The notes under the pieces were generated by a model that searched no databases, was not told the DNA's origin, and was given only the letters and a program-made list of their open reading frames with translations. A stretch of DNA of 63,948 nt, filler included, from Globobulimina sp. (Eukaryota), in NCBI GenBank assembly GCA_003354225.1. It is 21 parts of 21 records of this genome, joined end to end, with 100 filler letters (N's around TTAATTAATTAA, not from the genome) between each part and the next. Parts side by side here need not be neighbours in the genome. Positions count along the whole stretch, not along the records: positions 36,613 to 39,562 come from PIVH01004261.1; positions 39,663 to 42,611 come from PIVH01004262.1; positions 42,712 to 45,660 come from PIVH01004263.1; positions 45,761 to 48,709 come from PIVH01004264.1; positions 48,810 to 51,757 come from PIVH01004265.1; 16 more parts are not named here. One strand, given 5' to 3'. Both the position numbers and the translations under genes were made by a program. Shown here piece by piece: positions 37,005-49,685 of this stretch. Numbering within the stretch: the first letter of the stretch is position 1; the number at the start of each line of letters is the position of its first letter.

Positions 37005-38564
37005 TCAATGATAATCTGTTACATGAACAGGATTTAATAATTGATTTGGCCCACCTTCAATTTGATTTTCCTCTGAATATTTTCGTTGTATCTGTTCTTG
37101 CATAGATATTCCAACTGTACTATGCTTTTCATATAACTCCTCTCCGCCACTCGACTCATTGTCATACAACAGCTTCTCCTCCGCTATCTCAGAAGATACC
37201 AATTCAATATCATTTGAATGTGCTGCAACAGCTTTAACATCCACACCAACCAAGTCTTCATTCTGTTTGACATAGCTCACTCTATCTACTTTCTTATTTT
37301 TTTTATATAACATTATAAAGCCGATGCATACGACGGCAAAACAACATAATAACACAATGATTATCACCACCAAATATAACACTACATTGTTGGATTTATT
37401 TCTTGAGGCCACAGCTGGTGATATGAAAGCATGCGTTGATGTATACGTAACAACTGTGTTTGGTTCGCGTGTTGGTTTTTGTGTGGGTGGCAGTGTCACC
37501 TCCAATGGTGCTTCAGTACGCGTACTAACACTGGGCATATGCGATGGGTACAATGTAGGTGTAATGCTGGGATATAAACTATGTGTTATTGTCGCGTTGT
37601 GTTGTGTGGGTAATGCAGTGGTTGGATATGAACTCGGCTGCATACTGGGCGACATACTCGGATGTATGCTACTGGGAGCACTAGTAATGGGTGCAAGTGT
37701 GGGTGTATATGTAGTAAGTGATGCAGTGGAATGGATAGAGGGATGGGAAGAGGGTGCAACTGTGCCTTGATAACTATAGGTAATATCAATGGAGAATATA
37801 TTGAAATCTTCGCCTTTACTCTCACCGCTAATATGGATATTTAATCCTTGATTAGCAGGGAAAGACGAGGTATAATGTGAGGATAATTTTGGGCCAGTTG
37901 GAGGGGCGAAATCGCCATAGTCGTAGTCGATTGTATTTAATATTGGATTGTTTTTAATTGCAAAAAATATGGGCCATTGTGCAGTTTGTCGATAAGCAGA
38001 CCCGCCGGTGTTTGACCAGCAATCAGTGCCTTGATGCTCTGTTGTGTGGATGGAGTTGTTACAAAAACGAAAGTATCGGTCTGGTAAAGGTCCCTTTATC
38101 ATTTGGGAGATGTTGCGTGTGATTAATGGAGTGTTGTTGATGGGGCATTCTTTGTATGCATACTTGGGAATGTCTATGGAGATTAGTTCAGCGAAGTATT
38201 GATCTGAGGAGGTGAATATGAAAACTATTTCACCATCTTTGTGTAATGTCTCATTGGAGGTATTGCCTTTGATGAATAATTCAATGGATGAGGGGAAAGT
38301 TGGATGGAAGCCCCAGGATGGGCCTAATTGGATGTTTAGGTCAGTTCCTCGTTGTGAGGTAACATCAATGCTCCAGAGATTTGCAATTATTGATGCGCCT
38401 TCACCAAGACTGACAGCAATATCAGGTATGGATGAGCTTGTGTTTGGTGTTAGTTTGTCAGATTTTGAGAATTGGGAGAGTATGCTTGTTATTTGTAAGG
38501 ACATGACAGTACATATTATTTGGAATAATGCTAAGGAAGTCATGATTAGTGTGTTAGTAAGCAA
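37005..38564 (-). CDS. Type I membrane protein with PT-rich stalk
   Basis: Signal peptide, beta-rich ectodomain, PS/PT repeats, single TM, cytoplasmic tail. Confidence 0.8.
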   Translation of the reverse strand: MLTNTLIMTSLALFQIICTVMSLQITSILSQFSKSDKLTPNTSSSIPDIAVSLGEGASIIANLWSIDVTSQRGTDLNIQLGPSWGFHPTFPSSIELFIKGNTSNETLHKDGEIVFIFTSSDQYFAELISIDIPKYAYKECPINNTPLITRNISQMIKGPLPDRYFRFCNNSIHTTEHQGTDCWSNTGGSAYRQTAQWPIFFAIKNNPILNTIDYDYGDFAPPTGPKLSSHYTSSFPANQGLNIHISGESKGEDFNIFSIDITYSYQGTVAPSSHPSIHSTASLTTYTPTLAPITSAPSSIHPSMSPSMQPSSYPTTALPTQHNATITHSLYPSITPTLYPSHMPSVSTRTEAPLEVTLPPTQKPTREPNTVVTYTSTHAFISPAVASRNKSNNVVLYLVVIIIVLLCCFAVVCIGFIMLYKKNKKVDRVSYVKQNEDLVGVDVKAVAAHSNDIELVSSEIAEEKLLYDNESSGGEELYEKHSTVGISMQEQIQRKYSEENQIEGGPNQLLNPVHVTDYH

Positions 38565-38630
38565 CGAAGCGAAAAACTGCTACATTTGCATCTGATCAGC
38601 ACTCTTCGTCGTCTGCAGAAAAGTGTGGAG

Positions 38631-39562
38631 ATGAATAAGAGTTTATCATTGAGTTTCCGCAGTGTCTATGCCAATGAATATGATGATATGATAGCAGAAA
38701 GGGTGAAAAATGTTAGACACCCAAATGAAGATGGAACAGCACAAAAAGCGCGCATATGGAATGATTGGAATATTGAATTTATGGGAACTGTGAAAATGAT
38801 TCAAGGAACCGATGAAACCGCCATATTATCTAAATCTGATATTGTAATTCGCAAATTAAAAAATTGCAAAGTGGGAGGAAAATTAACTTTATCCATGATA
38901 CCAAAATTTAAATCAACACAATTAGCTCCAATTTGTGATGAATTATTACTAAGAGCACAAAATATGAATTATCATCCAATCGTACGATTGAATTTAACCG
39001 CCACGCGATGCGGAGCCAACATGATGCGGATTTTAGTAAATACCATATTTGACCACTATAAATATCCATATCTACAATGGATTAATTTTACGCAATGCGG
39101 CTTAACCTCCACACCACCAAAAATTAAGAAAAATGCATCTCAGCAAATGGAGGAAGAAAAAAAGAGACAGATTTATTTGGTTTGGATGTATGCAGTTTGT
39201 TGGCTGCCGGATTGGCAAAAAATAAAACATTAAAATTTTTGTTTTTGAATAAAAATCCCAAAATTGGTGCAAAAGGATTGGAAGCAATTTTACATTCAAT
39301 TAAAGCACATCCATCACTGCGAAAACTGTTATATAGCTCGAACCGATTCACAATGCAACATTCTAAAGTATTGTCGACATTTTTTGCCGCAAATCCAAAC
39401 TTACCACGCATTGAAATGGAGCAATGTTCGATTACGGATGCTATGTTTATTGAAATTGTAAATGGACTGTCGCAAAATCAGATTGTTTTTGAATTGAAAG
39501 TACCAAACAATGAAATTGGTGATGGTGGAGTTGCTGCGTTGAGCCACAAAGTATTATTGAAT
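38631..39562 (+). CDS. Leucine-rich-repeat (RI-like) protein with a frameshift near 39160
   Basis: LRRs in both overlapping ORFs (RLNLTATRCG; LAKNKTLKFLFLNKNPKIG; NNEIGDGG). Confidence 0.75.
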
Positions 39563-39772
39563 NNNNNNNNNNNNNNNNNNNNNNNNNNNNNNNNNNNNNN
39601 NNNNNNTTAATTAATTAANNNNNNNNNNNNNNNNNNNNNNNNNNNNNNNNNNNNNNNNNNNNAAATCGGGGTGCTTTATCATGAACGGATAACGTAAACA
39701 CACTATAGAGATACAAGATAAATCATAACTGTAAATAATCGTTTTGAATTTCATGTGATTGAATTATTCTAA

Positions 39773-42611
39773 TTATCTGCCACCAAAACCATGTACATTG
39801 CCACGACCCAAATCATTGCATTTGTCACTTATATGTTCATTGACTACGTAGCAATGACGGCACATATGATGATAATCACATTTTGCGTGTTCATATGCAA
39901 AATAACAATTGCCTCTTTCTTGATGTCTGCAAATATAATTAATGAGTTCGGGTCCGCCAAATAAGCGACCATTCTCTGCTTTGTATACTGCTAATTTCTT
40001 AGCATTGGGTAATCTGTCACGTAAACCCAATGGAATATGTGAGTCATTGCTGCGTCCTCGTTTAGGAGCCGGTGCACGACGATGATCATTGCGATAACCT
40101 GAACGTTTTTGAGGTGTATGCGGTTGATACGGATACAAAGTGGTGGGCTGAGGCGCAATATGCTGCGGAGTTTGATGATTTGTCGAGTTGTTTTGATTGA
40201 AGCCACCTTGATTATAGTTCTGTTGTCGTTGATTGTTATGATATCCGTTGTTGTGATTGCGATAATTGTTGTAATCATTATTGCGATGATTACGATTATA
40301 TCGTCGATATCTGCCACGTCCTCGTCTGCGATTATAGCCACCACGATACGCACCATTCTCATGTCCAGATGCTTGACTGTGGCCTGTTCCATCTCTGGCT
40401 GGTTTGTATCCACTTTCTTTGGCAGTTTGAGTCGTTGATCCAGAGACTGCTGAGGATTTGGTTGAGCCTTTTGTTATTTTGCTTAACGAGGTATCAAATT
40501 CTCGCGTTTCTCTCTTATTTTCATGTTCCTTTGCCATCACTTCCATTTTCCATGTGTTTAAGAATAATTTGCTGTTGACAGCTTCTAAGGACTGAGCACC
40601 GTCAATGTTGTAAGATTGCTTCCTTTGAAGCAATAAATAGTTGATTGCTTTCATGCCATTTTCTCCTTTTAAATGATTGCGCAAATTGTTGTCAATGTAG
40701 CGACCAAATGATTTCCATTGTAATGCTTGGATGTAAAGGTAAACACTGATAGTGATGGATTGTGTGTTTGTGCCTTTTTTCTTGTGCTCATCAGATAAAG
40801 TATTGATGGCATCACCTAACATTCTGATAAATTGATATGCAGCATCTTCCTTTTTGAGGAAGCTTTTAATGCACGCATCGATATTAAAATGTGTCTTGCT
40901 CCAATTTAATTCACCAATCAATGCTAAATAACGTAATAAATTCATCGAGTCACTGCCTCCTTCAGTACATAAATCAAAAAATGCAATGCGTGCTGCGATT
41001 TTCTTCGTATTTGTCACGTTTCCACTTACTTCTTTGTCTAAATCTGCCAAGTCTTTCTTGTAATTCTCACATAATAATAGATCTAAATCATGATAATATG
41101 ATGTATTTAAATAAATGATTATCATTAACAAGTCATCAAATGATGACTGGGCAGAATAATGTTCAACTTATGAACAGTAACTCGTACATATGGGACGTGT
41201 GAGACAGTGAGAAAACAAAAAGTCAAACGATGACTGTACATACATGGACATATACACAAATACAGAGGAGAATATACACAAACATACTATTCATTAAATA
41301 ATTTTGTATGTCTTTGTCCATAATTTTTCCTCCACTGTATTTTTTAACGATTTCCTCAGCGTGTATTTGGTCAGCTTTGTCATCAATGCCTGGATGAAAG
41401 AAATCTAAACCCGGCGCCAACGCTGCTTTATTTTCATAGAGGACTGCCTTTCTTACTTCTTTTTCAATGGCACCGACATTCGTAACTATCGCACCCGAAT
41501 GTGTTTGAGCTGCGGTGTCGATATTGCTGTCAATATCCATTTGCCTGCTTTTCCTGATTTTTGCCTCTAATACTTCACGCCTTTTCTTATTATTCAAGCG
41601 TTGAAGAACTGATGATTTCGGTTTGGATGTTCCAGACGTGACATCTCCGCCATTTCCACCTAACTCTTCCAATTCTTTCTGCCATTGTGAGATATTAACT
41701 GCTTCAATGTCAGGCACTGTGGTATGAGGCGGTATGTCATTATCTTTCTGTTCTTTTTGTTCTGGAGGTCTACGTGGATTGGCCACATCATTTTTAATGT
41801 CCGCAATAAGTTTATTCGGATCTAAGATGGCATCTTTGTATGCACTAAATGCATCCTCTGAATTTATGCCACGTTGCAAATCTTCAATCCATTTGCCCAA
41901 TCCTTTCCATTCAATGTCAAATGTGTTGATTTTGTATTGAATTTTGGCTTTTTGTAAACCATATTCATTCCCTTCGTACATTTCGAGACTTGGCGTGTTG
42001 TTGATTGTAATTTTACGATCACCAGAAACAAGCCATGTATTCCATGCCTTTATCGCAAGTCGCCAGATAAATGCTGATATTTCAATACTTTCTTGAACTC
42101 CGTCGGGATTCGGATGAGATGCGGAGCCGATTAACGATTTCAACAAAGTATCCACTAAATTTAACGTCGGATAATCTAAATTTTCTTCTAAGAAATTGGC
42201 TAATTTGGATTCGATGACGTTGGTGATGACCGCCTTGCAATTCTCGATCACCTCCCAACATTTTATTTGACCCATGGTTGGTGTGACTCGGCCAGAAGAG
42301 TCCATTTGTGATCTCCATGGATCTGTGTCATTATCAATAATTAATGTGCCCTGCACACACTCTCTTAAACGTTTGTAATCTTCGCATGTGCCGCCACGCA
42401 CTACCTTATATGCGATTTTTTGTATACCGTCAACGCTCTTTGTGATTTCATTGAATTTGATTAATAGTTCAAAACTATCATAGAATTCAAGTAAAGCGGT
42501 GCTTGTTGTGCTGTGCGGTTCTCTTTTTGCTTGCGCTATCGGTAGGCGTGTTGATGCCACGATGCTATTTGCTATAATTCGTTTCATATTGGTTGCTCGT
42601 AAAGCATTGCC
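39773..42611 (-). mobile_element. Gag-like protein of a tyrosine-recombinase (DIRS/Ngaro-type) retrotransposon; predicted intron 41167-41287
   Basis: Basic RG/N-rich region then CRHQERGNCYF..KCDYHHMCRHCYVVNEHISDKC, the CCCH+CCHC-like tail typical of YR-element ORF1; RT/YR not in the contig. Confidence 0.55.
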
Positions 42612-42712
42612 NNNNNNNNNNNNNNNNNNNNNNNNNNNNNNNNNNNNNNNNNNNNTTAATTAATTAANNNNNNNNNNNNNNNNNNNNNNNNNNNNNNNNN
42701 NNNNNNNNNNNT

Positions 42713-43085
42713 TTTGTTTGAAAATGTCATGCATTTCAGCTGCATTTATTTTAAACACATCATTTATTTTGAATAACGTTCAATTCGTTGAAATGCATTA
42801 TATTGATTATTTAATAATATTATAGCCATCAATGAATGTATTCAATTTATATTTAAACAAAAACAACACAAAACTGAGCGGCATATCGCATTGTGTGTGT
42901 TATGCAACTGTTTATGTACTTATTTTTGTTTTTTCTTTATGTTAATTTTATTTTTTTAATGTAATCGGACATATTTCTTTTGTAAATAATCAACCATTCA
43001 ACCAATTAAATTATATTACTAATATTACCAAATATTTTATGATTATGAGTTATTGCAGCTGAAATGCATGACATTTTGAAACAAA
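42713..43085. mobile_element. MITE-like element with 32-bp inverted repeats
   Basis: TTTGTTTGAAAATGTCATGCATTTCAGCTGCA ... TGCAGCTGAAATGCATGACATTTTGAAACAAA (1 mismatch) around an AT-rich core. Confidence 0.7.
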
Positions 43086-43353
43086 GTGTCATGCGTTATT
43101 TGCGTTAGTTGAAACACGTAAAACTAACCCAAAAAAAACAACATTTTAGTCACTTAAAAACCTAGCTCACAGTCACAATGGACTGTAAACAACAGGACAC
43201 GGACTTAGTCGCAACGAATATGGAGCAAGGCAGTGAATGCAATTAATATTTATATATTTTACGTTGAAATAAACACATACATAAACAGCTAAAGGTAATG
43301 CAAATATTCCTAACCGAATTCTCTGTGAATATTCTAAAAGTTCCCAGTTAACT

Positions 43354-45122
43354 GTGCCAAGTTTGATACATTGGGCGTTTACAGACGCGAATTTTGCATT
43401 TGATGAGACTGGCAATGACGATGTGGCTGGAACCATTGTTTGCAAAACACTTGTATCTTTGCAAGACACCGATATTACATACAGAGAAATATCAAGAGTG
43501 GCAACAATGGATTGTAACGTTTTTGCGTCAAATTTAGAAGATACATATTTAGAAATGAGTTTCACCGACGAAGAATTAGTCGACGCAACCATTGATATTA
43601 ATTTTAATGGATTATGTTTACAAACAGAGCAAATGTTTCGTGTATTTTATGATTACGGTATGTGTAACCTTGAAAATATTGAGCAGACATTTAAGATACA
43701 CAATATTTATATAGAAAAGGATTTAGTAACAACTGATTTTATTTTTAAGGATTTGTTGAAAGAGATTAATTGCATTAATTATGCAGCCACAATGACAGAG
43801 ATACATACGTCTATATTACAAAAATGTAAAGATGCATTGGATTTTGACATCAATCACCTGTTTTGTGACATAAACCCGTTTGGATTTAATTCTATCGCAT
43901 TTGTCCATTTATTGTCAATGCCAATGACACAATTACAGGCCAGAGTTAAAAATTGGATGAAAAAATATGACGACACACCATTTCTAATTAAAGATGAAAC
44001 GTACAATTTATTACACATAATTTATGTGTTGACTGAGGATATATACGACTTGGCTGCTAATCTCGTCATTGAAGATGTTAATCTTTTGGCACAATTCCAG
44101 TCAGTACTCAACAAAAGGCAGCAAGAAGTACAAGATAGAGAAATATTAATCAAACAGCAAATCGCAGAAATGAAACGATACAAACAACAACAACAACAGG
44201 AACAGCAACCATCCAAAAAAAATGACAATGAAATTCCAGGTACAACCTTGTATTTTAGTATAATGCGTTTCTTAAATTTTTCGAGCAACAGCGTTTCTAT
44301 TATCACAATTATGATGTTTAAAATTAAATTGAATCCATTTACAGAAAAACCAGAAAAATATTATATGAAACTACAAGAAAAGGGATCATTGACAGACATA
44401 ACAACAGAATTAACAAAACTCAAAGGCAAACACAAACAGTCATCCAAATGTTTAAAATCTGCTCATTTTGATATTAACACAAATCAAGGTAAATTGGTGC
44501 ATGATTCATGCAAAGAAAATATTGATACACTCTGCGAATAAATTGATTCAAATTACAGCATGTCAATTTAATGTAGACAATGAACGGATGGATGTTGATG
44601 ACAAAGAAAATGAAAATATGGATGTTGATGACAAAGAAAATCAAAATATCGACGAAATAGTATCGCAAAGTTTAGGTTCTAAAAATTATTTTCAACGTTT
44701 ATTACCACCTTTACACGGATCACCCCCTCCATCTGCTTCACTAATTTGGAATTATTTTCCACACATTGATATAGCCAACGCAGTATATCCATTCACCAGT
44801 TCCATTCTCGCAAATATCCAAAAAAAAATGCGCAATAAAAACGATAAATGGGAAATAATCAAAACACCAATTACCGGCATTAAAAGACCCCAGAAAAGTC
44901 TCAGTACAGCACAAGCTTTTGCTTTACATGTTAAAAACATTCAATGGCGAAATATGGAAACCAGTACAACTTGACCGACTTACCGCGTTTGTATTTACCT
45001 CCGAAAATAAAGTGTACAACCCACAAATTGTTAATTACTGGACTGTAACTGAAAAAAAAATCATCCATTCGAAATATGTGCATTTACAAAAGAATGGTCC
45101 GACTAAATCACGGAAAAGTTAA
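43354..45122 (+). CDS. Hypothetical multi-exon or degenerate gene
   Basis: 395-aa ORF plus overlapping downstream ORFs; 30-bp tandem duplication encoding MDVDDKEN. Confidence 0.4.
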
Positions 45123-45842
45123 ATACTGAAAATCATTTCAATTCTCCTCTGTAATATCAATTTTTTCCCCACAATTTCAGATCGTTTTTTCTCACAAATC
45201 GGATGGTGTTGGATAAATCATGTCGTTGAAACATCTATTTTTTGCAAAGATGCAGTTGATTCAATATACTGGCTGAAAATTGGTAACTTTCGGCTCGGAT
45301 TTTACACAATGTATGGTAATTCATGGATATCTTTTACATCGGAAAAATGTCAATTTGAAACTGTTGGAAACGTTAAATTTAGGACAAGTGCCAAAAAAGA
45401 GGCAGGACGGTTAATATTGATATGGCAACGGTTAAAATTCTAATTATGTGGCAACGGTTAATTATATTGCACTTAATTATAAAGAATTTGTTACATGTTC
45501 TGGAATATTTTTGAATTTCAGAAAGCCTCCTGGCAAATTACAGTTTTTTTAATTTAATTTTAGATATAAAAGAATATTTGTTATGCGTATATGTTCAACT
45601 TGTTTGCTTTTAAATCACTATGTCATCCCATGAATGTTTCCGTGTAATAAAATATTAGTTNNNNNNNNNNNNNNNNNNNNNNNNNNNNNNNNNNNNNNNN
45701 NNNNTTAATTAATTAANNNNNNNNNNNNNNNNNNNNNNNNNNNNNNNNNNNNNNNNNNNNCAAACGAGCGAGGACATTAAGCTCAAACAAAAGTTTTTCT
45801 CTCTTCGCAGCATCAAAAACAATGGATGCTGCGTATCATATC

Positions 45843-46060
45843 GCGAAGCCGCCGCATTATTCTATTTATTATGGTATTTATGGCGGCGAAGCCGCCGCAT
45901 CGTATTGATTTTGATATTTATGGCGGCGAAGCCGCCCCATCGTATGGTTGTGGTATTTATGGCGGCGAAGCCGCCGCATCGTACTGTATTGATTATGGTA
46001 TTTATGGCGGCGAAGCCGCCTCATTGTAATCATAGCATATTGGCGAGCGTAGCGAGCCAT
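45843..46060. repeat. Tandem array of GC-rich hairpins (TATTTATGGCGGCGAAGCCGCC)
   Basis: Four full copies and one partial copy at 39-45 bp spacing, ending in GGCGAGCGTAGCGAGCC. Confidence 0.9.
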
Positions 46061-46437
46061 TTATCGCAATCGATGAGATCATAGTGATGATAGCTCGATG
46101 AGAGCATCTTATTAAATAAGATTTGGGTCGAAATCCCAATCATCACATTTTTATATCTTTTTTTTTAGTTTTTTTAAAGTATATTAAGGTTTTTTCCAAT
46201 GGTGTGTGTGTTTTCGTTTCCATTTTATTTATGTAATAAAATAGAAACGTTTCTATTTTATTTGGTGTTTCAGCAATAAAGTTACTTTTATAGTAGACAA
46301 ATAAAACTTTTTTATAGGCGTTTTTTGCAATAAAACCATGCAATACATTTGTTAGGGAGTGTTGTTAAATTACAGATATTAGCAGACCACTTCACTGTGA
46401 AGTTGAGTATAAAAAAGAAAAAACATTCCCAAAAAAT

Positions 46438-48297
46438 ATGTTGGCATGGTCTCGCCAGTCTCGTCCGTCTCGTATGCATTGCCGTTTTGTACAATATTGC
46501 CTTCCACGTTTTGATTTTTGTACAAGCGGAAGAAAGCCAATTGCAACAAGAATAGGACACAAAGAAGAAAGTATTGTATCTGATGTAACAATTATTGGTG
46601 CAGGTGTTGCTGGATTAGCATCAATCCAACGACTTCGTAAGGATGGATTTTCAGTGAATGCAATTGAATCTGGTAATAGCGTCGGAGGTACCTGGTTTTG
46701 GAACCGCTATCCTGGGGCAGTTTGTGATATTCCATCAATGGAATATTCATTTCAATTTGATGCCCAACTACAACAGGATTGGGACTGGACTCATAAATAT
46801 TCCACGCAAGCAGACATATTATCATATTTGGAGCATGTTGCTGATAAACACGATTTACGTAAACATATTCATTTTGAACAAGCTGTAGAAAAATGTACTT
46901 ATTCAGAAGAGAATTCAAATTGGATCATTGAAACCAGCACTGGCCATAAATATACGTCTCAAATGCTTATATTAGCAACGGGCGGTTTGTCACATCCAAG
47001 TCAGCCAAAATATGATGGAATTGAAGACTATGAAGGATTTATATATTATACAAGTAAATGGCCTCAAAACCCGGTTGATTTTAGTGATAAAAAAGTGGCA
47101 ATAATTGGTACCGGTTCAAGCGGTGTCCAAACTATTCCAAAAATTGCAGAAACTGCAAAACATTTAACTGTTTATCAACGTACAGCGCAGTATGTTTGTC
47201 CCATAAAGAATAAAAAATTAAGCGAGTTCGAAAAACAAACAGTTAAAGATAATTATGATGAATATCGTCAGAATGCGAAAAATACAGCATTAGGACTGAT
47301 GGGGCTGGAAGTATCTGAAAAAATGTTTGCTGAGATGACTGTGGAAGAATATGAAAATGCGTTATGGGAGGCATGGAATGAAATTGATGCTCAAGGATTT
47401 GCTGCATTTCTTATTTGTTGTTCGGATCAAACTGTTAATAAAGATGCGGATGTTGCATTGAGTCAGTTTATACGCAATCGAATTCGAGAGATTGTTAAAG
47501 ATCCAACAATTGCTGAACGATTATGTCCAACTGAGAATCAATTATATTCTTGCAAACGACCTTTATTTTCTTGCAATTATTTTCAAACATATAATCGAAA
47601 CAATGTTGAGTTAGTCTCTATTTCTGATACGCGGGAGAATGGCACACCAATTAAGTCGATAACATCGAAGGGGATTATTACATCTGATGATGTAGAACGT
47701 GACTGTGATGTATTAATATTTGCAACAGGTTTGTTTATTAATTTTAAATTGAAATATTGTCAGTTATAATTATGGTTTTGCTTTGCTCAAAAACAAAAAG
47801 GTTTTGATGCGTTGACCGGTGCTGCATTAAATATTAATATTAAAGGGATGGATGAAACAATACAGGAATGTTGGAAGGATGGACCAAAAACTTATTTAGG
47901 ATTACAAACAGTTGGTTTTCCAAATATGTTTACAATTTGTGGACCTCACAGTCCCTCGGTATTCACAAATATGATACCTGCAATTGAGCAGAATGTTAAT
48001 TGGATTGCGGATTTAATGCTTTTTATGAAGGATAATAATTTACATTGCGTTGAACCAACGAATAATGCGCAACAAGAATGGGTTCAATATAATGCAGAGG
48101 TTGCAGAACAAACTTTATTTGGTTCTTCATCCTGTAATAGTTGGTATTATGGATCAAATATTGATGGGAAAAAGAGACATTTTTTACCCTCTTTAATGGG
48201 CGTTCATAACTATGCTGAAAAATGTAATGATGAGGTGCATGGAAATTATATGGGATTTGATTTTAATTTGCGATCTCGACAAAGAAAAGCAAACTAA
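46438..48297 (+). CDS. Type I Baeyer-Villiger monooxygenase (cyclohexanone/phenylacetone monooxygenase-like); intron about 47729-47800
   Basis: GAGVAG, GGTWFWNRYPGAVCD, GTGSSG, CKRP, spliced ATG|FDALTG, GFPNMF, SWYYGSNIDGK. Confidence 0.95.
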
Positions 48298-48809
48298 TGT
48301 CATAGTTTCATTGATTACGAATTGTATTTTTGTATTAGTTTTGTGTATAATATAGTTTTATGTATATATCAATTCAGATTGTAAATTAATTCGAATTCCA
48401 GTTAACATAAGATTTAAGTTTTTATGTTTTTTGATTAAATCATTGCTTGACTCTCCAGCATGAATTCATGCGAGCAGAAAGAACAAAAAATAGGGTCCAA
48501 TTCATGCGATGGGGCTAGGGTCCAATTTTAATTACGTAATAGGATAGTATAGGCTTTGAGCAATGAGTAAGCACTAAACACTGTATTTTTTCCTTGCAAC
48601 GAGCTCAAGCATTTGAACTGAATACTCAAAAAAACCCACCAAACCCCCCAAAATTAAAAAAAAGATGTGATTACAGATCTAGCTTATCTTCTGTCACCGC
48701 TGTCATTTGNNNNNNNNNNNNNNNNNNNNNNNNNNNNNNNNNNNNNNNNNNNNTTAATTAATTAANNNNNNNNNNNNNNNNNNNNNNNNNNNNNNNNNNN
48801 NNNNNNNNN

Positions 48810-49650
48810 TATACAAAATAATTACAAACACCCGTTGTCACGACAGCGTGATAACTGCAGCGTGTTTCTAATTTGGTTGTAACACAAACGTGTCAAATGG
48901 GTGTTTTCACCACCTATCAACACTACGATGGGATCCAATCGATTCACAAAACAATGACACATATTATGCAATATTTTTAGCGGCTTATCAGCAGTCATTT
49001 TTTTTAATTCTGTCAAACAAATATTGCGTTAAAACATTATGTTGATATAAAGATATTTCTTAACTTGTTTCAATATCAACACCGTCTTTGCAGGCAAACA
49101 CATGATTTGCACCAAATGTAACAACATTATACTTATAATCAGCATTCATTTTGCCTCTTCGAATCAAGTCAAGTGCAAAAAGTATAGCTAACCCCCCACC
49201 GGTTGCATTTCCCACAATATACATTTCTTTCACATCTTTCAATTTTTGCAATTCGCCCAAAATATCCATGAACTGTGGTCCACTGATTTTCTTATGCAAA
49301 TTGCTATGGACAAACACATCCTCATCTTTCATTAACACGATACTCTTTGGCGGAGAACATAAATCCTGCACTATATCATCGTGTGAACCTGCATCAAATA
49401 CTAAATATATTTTTTCATATTCATCATCAAAGCGTGATCGTAAAATGCTCCATTTGTGATCATGTGATTCTGCTTCAGCCACTTTATACGTATTCTCTTT
49501 TCGCTTTTCATTATCAAGCAACTCACAACAAGCTTTTACAATGTCCGCCTCCAATAAACCGTCATGCTCAATCCCTGGTTGTTTCAAAATATGGCCACGG
49601 AAATTTTTCAATATATCATTATATTCCAAATTAAAAACTGCAACTGTGTA
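48810..49650 (-). CDS. Lipase class 3-like protein, nucleophile apparently substituted
   Basis: VFVHSNL, YIVGNATGGGLA (for GHSLGG), VVTFGA, downstream FVNRLDPIV exon. Confidence 0.55.
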
Positions 49651-49685
49651 TTTTGCAGATATGCATGTGAGGACAGCGTGGAATA

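Noticed and set aside
34463-38595. Long antisense ORFs over Elp3 and the PT-rich membrane gene
   Set aside because: Shadows of biased coding sequence with no motifs
45843-46060. CRISPR array
   Set aside because: Linkers are short (13-19 nt) and related to each other; no cas genes; eukaryotic context
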